From Alphaproteobacteria bacterium (GTDB lineage Bacteria > Pseudomonadota > Alphaproteobacteria > SHVV01): 64,000 nucleotides of DNA. The notes beneath the pieces are model-generated. The model was not told the origin of the DNA. It searched no databases and saw only the letters and a program-made list of their open reading frames with translations. The position numbers and the translations under genes were made by a program. The stretch is taken from positions 386,903 through 450,902 of the forward strand of contig CBDCYR010000005.1 of assembly GCA_965224275.1 (NCBI GenBank). The letters run 5' to 3'. How positions within the stretch are numbered: the first letter of the stretch is position 1; each line of letters opens with the position of its first letter. This document shows, in pieces, positions 39,339-48,882 of the stretch.

Positions 39339-40055
39339 TCAGAATATTTCCCGCCTTCCTATTGCCGCATCAACAACGGCGCCGCGGCGGTCAATACCGG
39401 CGCGCGCGAGGGCAAGGGCGAAAAGCGCTGGGATTTCTGGGTCAGCCACGGCATCACGCCGGAGTCCGAAACCTCGACTCACTATTTCTGGGCCCTCGCC
39501 CATCGCACCTGGACCAACAACCAAGACGACATCGAGGAGTTCCACCGCCAGTGCCATCACGTCGTCGGCGAAGATCTTGCCGTGTTTGCGGCCCAGCAGG
39601 CATCTATCGACCTCGACCCCGGCGCGCCCACCCTCGATATCCGCTACGACGCCGGCCCCATGATGGCCCGCCGTATCATCAACGAACTGCTAGAGGCCGA
39701 GCGAACACCTCCTGCAAACCACGAGTAGCGGTTCTGCAGCCCTTTGGGTGTTCCGCTAACCCAACCGTCGAACCGCGCATGCGGTTGTGGCGCTCTTGGG
39801 TATTTTGATTAGAGGCGGAGGCGTCCGGCTAGTTCGGGCAGAACATCCCAGAAGTTCTGCCAACCCAACACCGGACATTTCTAAGCGCTCGTGGGTCGCA
39901 CACGAATCATCATCGACGGCCTGCTCCCGTGAGCCGGTCTTGATCATTCCCCTCCTGCGGGTAAAGGACGGTCGCGTCCATTCGAACCTCAGGAATAGAC
40001 CGGGGCCGAAGCTCCATCTTGATTCGAATGACACTCGTACTATATATTATTACGA

Positions 40056-40697
40056 ATGTCACAAACACGATCCATGGACACGCGCGAATCCATCGTCGAA
40101 GCAGCCACGACGGTGTTCAGTCAGCACGGCTATCGGGGAGCGTCTGTGCGCGAGATCTGTGCACGCGCAGGCGCTAGCGCGAATGCGATCACATACCACT
40201 TCAAATCAAAAGAGCAGCTCTATCGGCACATTCTTGGCAGCTTCGCGTCGTTGCAGCTCGAGTACGCAAAGACAGTGCTTTCGACAGACCCAAGATCGCA
40301 GCAAGAGTTTGTGATTCGCCTGGAGCTATTCTTCGAGCAGCTTCTCGACGTCTACATCGAAAATCGCGAGACGATTCAGATCTTGTTTCGCGAGTTCAAG
40401 CAGTTGCTTCCTCACGGCAACGACGGTGTCGTCGGCGAGATGGTCAAGACCAGCTATGCGATCGCTGAGTTTATCAACAGAGCGATGGACCTTGGCTTTG
40501 TTCAGGCCGACGTAGACCCTGATATCGTGGCTGGCCTGCTAATGGACCGTTTGCTCAATCAGGCGCGTTTCGTCGATTCACACCGGATCTTCTTCAGCGC
40601 ATCGACGCTCGACACCGAGTATCGCGCCCACTGGGTGCGAGCAACGCTGCGAATTGTTTTCGACGGTATCAACGCCCGGGATGAGCCCGTTGCGTAA
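40056..40697 (+). CDS. TetR-family transcriptional regulator
   Basis: N-terminal HTH ESIVEAATTVFSQHGYRGASVREICARAGASANAITYHFKSKEQLY. Start may be ATG 40074. Confidence 0.75.
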   Translation: MSQTRSMDTRESIVEAATTVFSQHGYRGASVREICARAGASANAITYHFKSKEQLYRHILGSFASLQLEYAKTVLSTDPRSQQEFVIRLELFFEQLLDVYIENRETIQILFREFKQLLPHGNDGVVGEMVKTSYAIAEFINRAMDLGFVQADVDPDIVAGLLMDRLLNQARFVDSHRIFFSASTLDTEYRAHWVRATLRIVFDGINARDEPVA

Positions 40698-40714
40698 CTC
40701 ACAGGAGGATAACA

Positions 40715-41179
40715 ATGCAAGTACAAAGCATCATTGAAATTGACGCCCCGGTCGAGATTGTCTGGAGCAAGATCAGCGATCTGGCTGATATTCAAAACTG
40801 GACCGTGACGGTGAACGAATCCCACTATCACACCGACACTCAGCGGGGAGTTGGTGCTGGCCGCACGTGTGACGTGAAGGGTTTCGGTACGCTTGTGGAG
40901 AACGTCCTCGAGTGGGAGGAGAACGAAAGCTTCAGGCTGTCACTCGAAGGACTGCCGGCTATCGTCAAAGAAGCAAGTGGGGGTTGGCAACTCGAAAGTC
41001 TGGGCGCTAACCGAACCCGGGCCACCACAATGATCGAGATGCAAACCCGGTACGGGCCCATCGGCGCGCTGCTCGAGAAACTTATGCTCGGCCCTAAATT
41101 GGGAAAGACCGTCAAGAGCGTTCAGGGGGAGTTCAAAGCGTACGTCGAGGCGAGCGTTGTCACTCAAGAGGTTGCCTAA
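40715..41179 (+). CDS. SRPBCC-superfamily (polyketide cyclase/dehydrase-like, START/Bet v1 fold) protein
   Basis: Strong RBS AGGAGGA. 154 aa with SRPBCC-like pattern (IEIDAPVEIVWSKISDL...). Confidence 0.6.
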   Translation: MQVQSIIEIDAPVEIVWSKISDLADIQNWTVTVNESHYHTDTQRGVGAGRTCDVKGFGTLVENVLEWEENESFRLSLEGLPAIVKEASGGWQLESLGANRTRATTMIEMQTRYGPIGALLEKLMLGPKLGKTVKSVQGEFKAYVEASVVTQEVA

Positions 41180-41465
41180 TCGGAAACCCGTCGTCGCGGT
41201 GCGAGATTGGGCGGGCTGAAAGCCTAGTTTACCCCGGTTGAGGCGGCCTCCCAGATTCGGACGCCAGGCGGGCACGCCCCGCAACGGCAGTTCGTCGCCA
41301 ACTTAAGACATGGTCGCTCGTTCATTACCTGTGGCACAATTCCGCCATGAAGCTCTTTGGCATATTCTGTCAATGACGTTTGCAATCAGACGGTAGCTGC
41401 CGAGTTGGTCTCGGAATTGGCGATAAACGCCGCTTCCGACAAGACTAACGAACAAGGAGAAAACC

Positions 41466-42602
41466 GTGGCCGGACAATACACAGCGATGATCTCAGGCGA
41501 TTCGCACATTTTCGAGAAAACGGATCTGTGGCGAAACGCACTTGGCGACAAATACGGCGACGACATCCCGCACGAGTTCTACGAATATAGGGGCAAGAAG
41601 GGGACCTACTTCTATACCGGCGCCCAGGTGCTGCTGACCGCCGGAGCTGATGGTGAGCACAAGCAAAGTGGGCTTCACCTCTCTGGCTACGACCCGGAAA
41701 AGCGGATCCAATACCAGAAGGATGCCAATGTCCTAGCCGAGGTGATCTACCCGACCTACGGCCTGATTGTGATGCAGAGCAAGCACCACGAGGCACTGAA
41801 CGCGGTGGCCGAGGTCTACAACGACTGGCTGTACAACGATTTCCTCTCTTACGACACGACGCGGTTGCTCGGGGTCGCCATGATCCCGACCACCAATGTC
41901 GATTGGGCGATCAAGGAACTCGAACGCTGCGTGAAGATGGGCTATGTCGGGGTCTGCTTCAATTGCCGCAATCTCGAAGGCACCCCGCCCTATCGCGATC
42001 CGGTCTACGACCCGCTGTGGGCGCGCTGCGCGGAAATGAATATTCCGGTCACGCTGCATTCGATCACCGGCCGAGTCCACGATCCGCTCCACCCCCATAA
42101 CGAAGACGAACTCATGGACGCGCCACGCTTGGCGCTGGATATCTACAATGAGATCCAGGGCACCCTTGGCAGCGACATTATTTTTGGCGCCGTGCTGGAT
42201 CGCCATCCCGATCTCAAAATCGTGGTCAGTGAGTTCGAACTTTCCTGGCTGCCCAACTTCGCCTTCCGCCTCGATATGATCAAAGACGGTTTTGCCAGCC
42301 GGATCACGTTGCCGAAACTGGAAATGAAACCAAGCGACTACTTACGCGAACGTTGTTATTTCGGCTGGATCGATGATGGTCGCGGGATGCTCGGGGTCGA
42401 AGAGGTTGGCGCCGACCGGGTGATGTGGGGCTCCGATTTTCCCCATGTACGTTCGGTCGGTGTTGATGCCCAGAGCGTTGTCGGCAAGATGCTGAGTAAC
42501 CTGGCGCCCGAGGATCAGGACAAGATCGTCGGTCTCAACACCGCGGAGCTCTACAACATCAACCACGAAGAGCTCTATTGGACGAAGCAAGCGGCCGAGT
42601 AG
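41466..42602 (+). CDS. Amidohydrolase-2 (PF04909) family enzyme, ACMSD/LigW-type non-oxidative decarboxylase-like
   Basis: GTG start after AAGGAGAAAACC. 378 aa. Motifs GDSHIFE, HS (His) region and WGSDFPH. Confidence 0.65.
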   Translation: MAGQYTAMISGDSHIFEKTDLWRNALGDKYGDDIPHEFYEYRGKKGTYFYTGAQVLLTAGADGEHKQSGLHLSGYDPEKRIQYQKDANVLAEVIYPTYGLIVMQSKHHEALNAVAEVYNDWLYNDFLSYDTTRLLGVAMIPTTNVDWAIKELERCVKMGYVGVCFNCRNLEGTPPYRDPVYDPLWARCAEMNIPVTLHSITGRVHDPLHPHNEDELMDAPRLALDIYNEIQGTLGSDIIFGAVLDRHPDLKIVVSEFELSWLPNFAFRLDMIKDGFASRITLPKLEMKPSDYLRERCYFGWIDDGRGMLGVEEVGADRVMWGSDFPHVRSVGVDAQSVVGKMLSNLAPEDQDKIVGLNTAELYNINHEELYWTKQAAE

Positions 42603-42649
42603 TTATCCCGGACATTTCTGCACCGAAAGTCCGGTTTGCCTCGAAGTGC

Positions 42650-44050
42650 GGACGTTCCAACAAGGCACACGAAGGCCGCTAATTAGCCAATACCGGTCGT
42701 GGCCGCATGAAGAAAAGTCAGCCCAGACGAGAGCGGGCCTACCACGGCCATAAGATGTTCATCGGCGCTGCGGATCTCGACCGCTCGATAATCGCTTGGC
42801 AGGCTGGGGGCGAAACGCAATGAAGAGTTTGCAGGACATCTTTGATGCTGTGGACGGCGCCCTGTTCGGCATCTAGGTGCCAAAGTGGTAGCTGTTAGAG
42901 ACCACTTAAAAGGGGAGCCGTCCGACATGAATGTTAGCAGAATTGGTCTAGATATCGCGAAGAACGTGTTTCAGGTTCACGGCGTCGATGAGGCGGGTGA
43001 AGTCGTCATCCGCAAGCAACTGAGGCGCAGCCAGGTGATGCCCTTCTTCGAGAAGCAGTCTTCGTGCCTGGTCGGCATTGAGGCCTGCGCCACGTCCCAC
43101 CACTGGTCGCGCGAGCTGCAAGCTTTGGGTCATGAGGTTCGGCTGATGCCGGCGGGCTATGTGAAGGCCTACGTGAAGCGCAACAAGAACGATGCGGCCG
43201 ATGCTGAGGCGATCTGCGAGGCAGTGACACGGCCGACGATGCGGTTCGTGGCAACCAAGACCAAGGAGCAGCAGAGCGTCTTGATGGTGCACAAGACGCG
43301 ACAGTTGCTGGTCCGTCAACGGACCATGCTGAGCAATGCGATGCGCGGCCACTTTGCTGAGTTTGGGATCACCGCGCGGGTCGGACGCCTGGGCTTGGGG
43401 AAGCTCCTAGCGATTGTTCAGGATCAAGATGACCAGCAGATCCCCGCCTTTGCTCGGCTGGCATTGATCGCTTTGGCAGACCACTACCAGACGGTACATG
43501 CGAAGATTGTCGCGCTCGAGCGCAGCCTGAATGCTTGGCATCGCTCGAATGAGACCAGCCGACGCTTGGCGGAGATTCCAGGCGTCGGCCCGCTCGTGGC
43601 CACGGCATTGACCGCGAGTGTGACGGATCCGACAGTCTTCTCTTCGGGGCGAAGTATGGCGGCCTGGATCGGATTGGTGCCGAGGGAGAACTCCACTGGC
43701 GGCAAACGCCGGCTCGGACCGATCTCCAAGCAGGGCAACCGCTATCTCCGATGGATGCTGGTGACAGGCGCTATGGCGGTGATCCGTTACGCCAAGAAAA
43801 CGGGCTTTAAGAAACGACCTTGGTTGGCCCGATTGGTCGAAAACCGCCCGATCAAGCTCGCGGCGGTGGCGCTGGCCAACAAGATCGCCCGCATCGCCTG
43901 GGTGATCATGGCGCGCGGTGAACGCTATAAGGAGCCGGCCCTGACGGCCGCATAAAGAAATCGGTGTAGGCCGGAGCCTACGCAACGAAATTGGGAAGGG
44001 CTGACGACGTCATGCAGCAACGGTCGATCCGGGGATTGGAAGAGCCCGCT
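42650..44050 (+). mobile_element. IS110-family insertion sequence (approximate extent; this family lacks classical IRs/TSDs so ends are not determinable by eye)
   Basis: Contains IS110-type transposase gene. Hairpin GTAGGCcggaGCCTAC just downstream of tnp stop. Confidence 0.45.
42927..43955 (+). CDS. IS110-family transposase (DEDD type)
   Basis: AAAGGGGAG RBS then ATG 42927 (MNVSRIGLDIAKNVFQVHGVD...). C-terminal IS116/IS110/IS902 domain (LVPRENSTGGKRRLGPISKQGNRYLR). Confidence 0.85.
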   Translation: MNVSRIGLDIAKNVFQVHGVDEAGEVVIRKQLRRSQVMPFFEKQSSCLVGIEACATSHHWSRELQALGHEVRLMPAGYVKAYVKRNKNDAADAEAICEAVTRPTMRFVATKTKEQQSVLMVHKTRQLLVRQRTMLSNAMRGHFAEFGITARVGRLGLGKLLAIVQDQDDQQIPAFARLALIALADHYQTVHAKIVALERSLNAWHRSNETSRRLAEIPGVGPLVATALTASVTDPTVFSSGRSMAAWIGLVPRENSTGGKRRLGPISKQGNRYLRWMLVTGAMAVIRYAKKTGFKKRPWLARLVENRPIKLAAVALANKIARIAWVIMARGERYKEPALTAA

Positions 44051-44313
44051 TGGGTCAACGCATCTCTAGAATGCGTATTTTTGATTTGGGACCCAATCTG
44101 CGGAGAGCATGAGGGCCAGCGGTCACACGCACCGCATCAACAGGCCGGACAGATGACCGCACCCGACCAACCCTGCATCGACATCAAGAAAACCTTGCCA
44201 ATAACGCGCCGTCCACAGATGACCCAAACAGCATTATCGAGCTGAGCTTTTTCAATTTTCGCAACGCTATCACCGCGGCATATTTCGCTGACGAAAAACT
44301 CCGCATCAAGCGT

Positions 44314-45471
44314 GTGAACGAAAACTTCCGTGCGTTCTTCCCCGTTCTCGGCAATGTCTCCGATGCTTATTTCCCGGATGTCTTGAAGCAACTCAGCGTC
44401 GGTGAGGAGCATATCGAATCGTTCGAACGTGAGTTGAGCGAACTAGGCCGCGTGCTAATCCCGATTATCCCGATAACGATTGACGGCGATGAACGTGTCT
44501 ACTCCTTGCTCTCGACGCGGACGACGGACGACGATTTTTCGTATCTGAACGGCGTGCAAGGCCAGTTCATCGACCGCACGCGCGAGCACGAATTGCAGAT
44601 GGCGCATGAACATTTGTTGGAGGAGAAGGCACGCGATAACGAGAGTATCAAGGCCAAGAGTCAGCAGTTGCAAGACCTGGCCAACCGTTTGGCCAAGTAT
44701 CTTTCGCCGCAGGTGTATGACTCGATCTTCGCGGGGGACCGCGACCCCAACGAGAATTTCGCACGAAAAAACCTTACGATCTTTTTCTCCGATATCGTTG
44801 GGTTCACCGATATCAGCGACGGCATGGAACCCGAACGGCTTGCCTTCGTCATCAACACTTATCTCAGCGAGATGTCGAAAATCGCCATCGAGAACGGCGG
44901 CACCATCGATAAGTTTATCGGCGACGCGGTTCTCGTTTTCTTCGGCGACCCGGAGACGGAAGGCGACACCAGCGACGCGATCAAGTGCGTAAGAATGGCA
45001 CTACGGATGCGTGAACGTGTTGCCGAACTTCAAAGTCTTTGGCAGTCGAAGGGGGTATCCAAGGCGCTTCAGGTACGAATGGGTATCAACACTGGATATT
45101 GCACGGTTGGCAATTTCGGATCCGACCAGCGCCTTGAGTACACGGTCCTCGGCAGTCAGGTGAACATGGCGGCTCGCCTGCAAGGCGCTACGGAACCGGA
45201 CACAATACTGATCAGCGAATCAACTTACCCTCTCATCAAGGACGTCGCCGACTGCACACCGATGGGAAACATTACGCCGAAGGGATTCACGCGGCCGATC
45301 GAGACATACCGCGTGGACGGTCTTAAGGTTGACGCTGACTCGGACCTCGCATCACAGCCGCTCACCCGGGTCGGCCGCCACGTCCAGGTGAGCATTTCGA
45401 ACCGAAGCAACATCCGAGAAGCGATCATTGAACTGCGAAAGATCCAAGAAGAGTTCGAAGAACAAAGTTGA
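44314..45471 (+). CDS. Class III adenylate/guanylate cyclase (CHD domain) with N-terminal PAS-like region; N-terminus possibly truncated
   Basis: Cyclase motifs FSDIVGFT and GDAVLVFFG. The only in-frame start is GTG 44314. About 200 bp upstream are open in frame and encode PAS-like sequence (SIIELSFFNFRNAITAAYFADEKLRIKRVNENF) with no start codon. Confidence 0.65.
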   Translation: MNENFRAFFPVLGNVSDAYFPDVLKQLSVGEEHIESFERELSELGRVLIPIIPITIDGDERVYSLLSTRTTDDDFSYLNGVQGQFIDRTREHELQMAHEHLLEEKARDNESIKAKSQQLQDLANRLAKYLSPQVYDSIFAGDRDPNENFARKNLTIFFSDIVGFTDISDGMEPERLAFVINTYLSEMSKIAIENGGTIDKFIGDAVLVFFGDPETEGDTSDAIKCVRMALRMRERVAELQSLWQSKGVSKALQVRMGINTGYCTVGNFGSDQRLEYTVLGSQVNMAARLQGATEPDTILISESTYPLIKDVADCTPMGNITPKGFTRPIETYRVDGLKVDADSDLASQPLTRVGRHVQVSISNRSNIREAIIELRKIQEEFEEQS

Positions 45472-45670
45472 GGCCCTCCGGTCGTACTGGCTAGGCCGGT
45501 TTACCTCGAAAGCCGACATAATTTTCGTCAATCTTGAGGGCTAGGTTTAGCCAGTTCCAGTCGTTCGATGAACAAAGAAAAAGCGGCCCAAAGACCGCTT
45601 GTTAAGGCGTTGGTGCCAGATTTTTAGGCGTCTTTACGTCTTCGCCACCCCACCGCCAGCATTAGTCAAG

Positions 45671-46858
45671 TCAAGGCGCCTTGGTCTGAGTTTCGGCCAT
45701 GGGGTCGTTAGCCCGCCGTCCAACAAGTTGACTCCATTCGTCGTAAAAGACACGCACGCTTTCGTCATCCTGAGTTGCGTGTCCTTCATGACGACCGAAA
45801 ATTCCGTACCGGGCTGCCCGCTCGCGGTTGGCTCGCGCGACGCACTCGACCGCAATTACGTCTTCGGGGACGTTACGTCCAAACGGCCCCCAAAACTCGT
45901 TGTGGTGCTCTATACGCATGGCGCGGTCTTGCGCGGATTCACCCTTTACGCCCAGTCCCCGCCACTCAACGAGTGTTTTCTCGGCGCTGAGCGCATTGGT
46001 CGTGTGAATCATCATCACGGTAGCGCGGCATACAAATACCGTATTCGGAAAGAGACCGACGACGCGGGTTTCGCCGGGATGTAGGCCAGGAAGGGTATTG
46101 TCGCGCTGGCCAGAACTGCCGATGTTTTGATAGCTCTGCCGCGTCGGTTCGAGCGAAGCATGACCATGAGGATAGAAATGCCAAGGCGTATCGAAGTACC
46201 CCTCTGTGCGGATTCCAACGCGACGGTTCAGATAGTGAAGATACTCATGGTACAGCTCCGTGCTCACCTCGTGCCATTGCTTCCAGTTAGCATCGACGAC
46301 TGCGCGATGCAGATGAAAAACCTCCAGTTCACCGGTTGCGAAAATGGAGGTCAGGCTCTCAAATGCATCACCTAAATAGTCGTCAAAAGAATTCGCCGAC
46401 GTATCCAAGTTGACGAACACTAAATCATGGCGGGTTTCCGCCCTAACTTCGCGTAAGCCCCGATCGGCCTTGCAGATCCCCGCTTCCTCGTATCCTTCTT
46501 CACGTGGAATCGAAATGCATTTGCCCGAGGTGTCATAAACCCAGTTGTGGAAAAGGCACGTCCATGACTTGGCATTGCCCGCAGCTTCTCGCAGCACCAG
46601 AGCAGAACGATGCGAGCAAGAGTTGATAAAGGCGCGGATTTGCCCATCATTGTCCCGGGCAACGATCAGTGGATACCCGGCGTACTCGAAGGTTCGGTAG
46701 TCGCAGGGAACCGGGATCTCGCTTTCGTGGCAGATGAATTTCCACGTCTTGCGAAAAACGAACTCCCGCTCATCGCGAAATATGTCGGGGTCTGTGTATA
46801 TTCTCGAGTCAACATAATCCCGTTCGTGCAGTGCAGTCTGGTGGGCCGAGCCTCCCAT
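45671..46858 (-). CDS. Rieske non-heme iron oxygenase alpha subunit (no adjacent beta subunit or reductase)
   Basis: CSHRS...CLFHNW Rieske motif. NWKQWHEVSTELYHEYLH catalytic motif. Confidence 0.8.
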   Translation of the reverse strand: MGGSAHQTALHERDYVDSRIYTDPDIFRDEREFVFRKTWKFICHESEIPVPCDYRTFEYAGYPLIVARDNDGQIRAFINSCSHRSALVLREAAGNAKSWTCLFHNWVYDTSGKCISIPREEGYEEAGICKADRGLREVRAETRHDLVFVNLDTSANSFDDYLGDAFESLTSIFATGELEVFHLHRAVVDANWKQWHEVSTELYHEYLHYLNRRVGIRTEGYFDTPWHFYPHGHASLEPTRQSYQNIGSSGQRDNTLPGLHPGETRVVGLFPNTVFVCRATVMMIHTTNALSAEKTLVEWRGLGVKGESAQDRAMRIEHHNEFWGPFGRNVPEDVIAVECVARANRERAARYGIFGRHEGHATQDDESVRVFYDEWSQLVGRRANDPMAETQTKAP

Positions 46859-46938
46859 TCTTGCTCCGTCCTTGCCATGATCGCCTCAACCCAGAAGTCA
46901 CCCAGTTTGTCGTCGTATTGTAGCCCGCAATAAACATA

Positions 46939-47049
46939 GCGCTCCAACGGCCTGCTGGAGAGCATCAACCATCACCTGGTCATGGCGGCCCGGGAGCTGG
47001 AAGGACGCGAGGCCGGCCCGAGCGCCGGGGTGATCGACAGCCAGAGCGT
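46939..47049 (+). mobile_element. Internal fragment (~111 bp) of the IS5-family element (encodes SNGLLESINHHLVMAARELEGREAGPSAGVIDSQSV of the transposase)
   Basis: Exact match to an internal segment of the 932-bp IS. No ends or TSD, so it is a remnant. Confidence 0.7.
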
Positions 47050-47265
47050 CAATTTCTATTTGCCGCAGTCTGGTGGCAATGTCCGAGGTAGCTCCCCGTT
47101 GGTCGGTGCGGCCATGAGTCGGAGCTGTTAACGCGGCGCCGATGCGTTGTATGCGCTGACGCGGCCATGATACGCTCCTCTTAACAATAAAATATCGTGT
47201 CGGTTCGATTGCCCGCATTCATTCGAAGCGGTGATCCGACTTCAAGCGACCAAGGGGAGGACAAC

Positions 47266-48276
47266 ATGATCCGTATCTGCAGCTTGTTACTCGTTGGGTT
47301 TATCGCGTTGGTGGCCATTACGTTCTCGAACAATGTCATGGCCGAAGAAGTAACGCTTCGAGCGGTGAGTTACACGCCGATCAACACTGAAACCTCGTCG
47401 CACTTCGCCAGATTCATTGACAAGGTCAACGCCGAGGGCAAGGGACTCGTGCAGATTAAATACCTTGGTGGCGCGCCGAAGGTCATGACCATTTTTGAGG
47501 TCGGTAACGCGGTCAGCAAGGGCAGTATCGATATCGCCAACGTAAGTGGAGTTTTCTATGCCTCCCTCGTGCCTGTCGCAAACGCAACGTTTTACTCCGA
47601 ACACACCATTCAAGAACTGCGCAAAATGGGTGTCTGGAAATTGATCGTTGATATTCATCGGGAAAAGATGAACGTCCACTATCTAGCCCGCGCGCGCGAC
47701 CGCATGACCCTCAGTTACTTCGTCAACAAGAAAATTACCAAACCCGACTTCAGCGGCATGAAAATGCGATCAAGCACGCTGCATACGCCATTTATCAAAG
47801 CACTTGGCGGGACGCCGATCGAGACCGGGCTCCCTCAAATTTACCCTGCGCTCGAACGAGGCGTCGTTGACGGGCTCGGATTCGTGACCTCTCTGTTGAT
47901 GGATTTCCGTCTTCATGAAGTCGTCAAGTATCGCATTGAACCCAGTTTTTACCGGTTAGACATCGCGATTCTGGTCAATTCGCGGGTGTGGGAAAACAAG
48001 CTCAACAACGAGCAACGGGCGTTCCTCACCAAGATGGGAGAGTGGGTAGAAAGTATCAACGTGGAGGACATCGAGAAGGACAAAGCGGCCAAGAAGCGCC
48101 AGGAAGATGCCGGAATGAAGGTAATCCGGTTCACCGGACAGGATTGTATCGACTACATTCGCAAGGGCTACGAAGCCGGATGGGCCGCGGTTACCAAGCG
48201 CGATCCCGAAAACGCGAAGAAGCTCAGGAAACTGATCTACAATCCGGCCGCGATTGAAAAAGCATTCTGTTCGTAA
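47266..48276 (+). CDS. dctP: TRAP transporter substrate-binding protein (DctP family)
   Basis: AAGGGGAGG RBS then ATG 47266. Signal peptide MIRICSLLLVGFIALVAITFSNNVMA. DctP-like body. Confidence 0.75.
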   Translation: MIRICSLLLVGFIALVAITFSNNVMAEEVTLRAVSYTPINTETSSHFARFIDKVNAEGKGLVQIKYLGGAPKVMTIFEVGNAVSKGSIDIANVSGVFYASLVPVANATFYSEHTIQELRKMGVWKLIVDIHREKMNVHYLARARDRMTLSYFVNKKITKPDFSGMKMRSSTLHTPFIKALGGTPIETGLPQIYPALERGVVDGLGFVTSLLMDFRLHEVVKYRIEPSFYRLDIAILVNSRVWENKLNNEQRAFLTKMGEWVESINVEDIEKDKAAKKRQEDAGMKVIRFTGQDCIDYIRKGYEAGWAAVTKRDPENAKKLRKLIYNPAAIEKAFCS

Positions 48277-48342
48277 TCCACATGACATCTCGGGCGGGGA
48301 ACTGAAGCGCCGCAGGCGCCGCAGTCCCCGGTTCGCGGGCTC

Positions 48343-48879
48343 GTGAGGCCACCTCGCATGTTTGCTATGGCAGCGATCTATCGGGTGGTCCTCGAGCTCT
48401 GCGGGAGGCTCACCGGCCTCAGTATCGGCATCATTGCCGTTCTGGTTAGCGTCGACGTTCTAATCCGGAATCTGGGGTTCGCCCCTCTCTCCTGGCTGCT
48501 CGAATCTGTCGAATACACGTTGTACGCCACCACGTTCCTGGCGGCTCCGTGGGTGCTGAGCAAAGGTGCTCACGTTCGGGTCGACCTAATTATCGTTCTG
48601 CTACCCCCAAAGTTCCGTTATGGGCTCGAACTGCTGGTCGATGGGCTTGGCGCTACCATCTCGCTGATTCTGTTTTACTACAGTCTCGGCGAGGCCATCG
48701 ATTCCTACGCTCACGATCGGCTCATTTATAAGACTCTAACCGTGACCGAGTGGTGGTTTCTTGCCATCATTCCCTTCTCCAGTGCTCTTCTGGCGATTGG
48801 GTTTGTCCTGCGGATTCTTCGCACTGTCTCCCACGGCATTGGCGCCGTTGAGGGCACCCGTATCCCGGACGGGTTTTAG
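48343..48879 (+). CDS. dctQ: TRAP transporter small permease (DctQ family)
   Basis: 178 aa, four hydrophobic segments, positioned between dctP and dctM. Confidence 0.6.
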   Translation: MRPPRMFAMAAIYRVVLELCGRLTGLSIGIIAVLVSVDVLIRNLGFAPLSWLLESVEYTLYATTFLAAPWVLSKGAHVRVDLIIVLLPPKFRYGLELLVDGLGATISLILFYYSLGEAIDSYAHDRLIYKTLTVTEWWFLAIIPFSSALLAIGFVLRILRTVSHGIGAVEGTRIPDGF

Positions 48880-48882
48880 AGC

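Larger units (their letters stand above)
37753..39728 (+). pseudogene. VanA-like Rieske oxygenase, copy 3, insertionally disrupted by IS5 copy 3 (N-terminal part 37753-38406, C-terminal part 39339-39728)
   Basis: GGAGG RBS then GTG 37753 (MFLRDYWYLAAW; CIHRRLPLS...CHYHGL). After excising the IS with TSD TCA the frame continues ...WQVSE/YFPPSYCRINNG...HRQCHHVVGEDLAVF...*. Confidence 0.8.

Noticed and set aside
39339-39808. ORF-track ORFs 39278-39808 and 39331-39663 downstream of IS5 copy 3
   Set aside because: Wrong frames. The biologically meaningful frame here is the displaced C-terminal part of VanA-like copy 3 (39339-39728), reported as part of the pseudogene.
41303-41566. 87-aa minus-strand ORF upstream of and overlapping the LigW-like amidohydrolase start
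   Set aside because: No RBS, overlaps a well-supported gene start, and has no recognisable motif.
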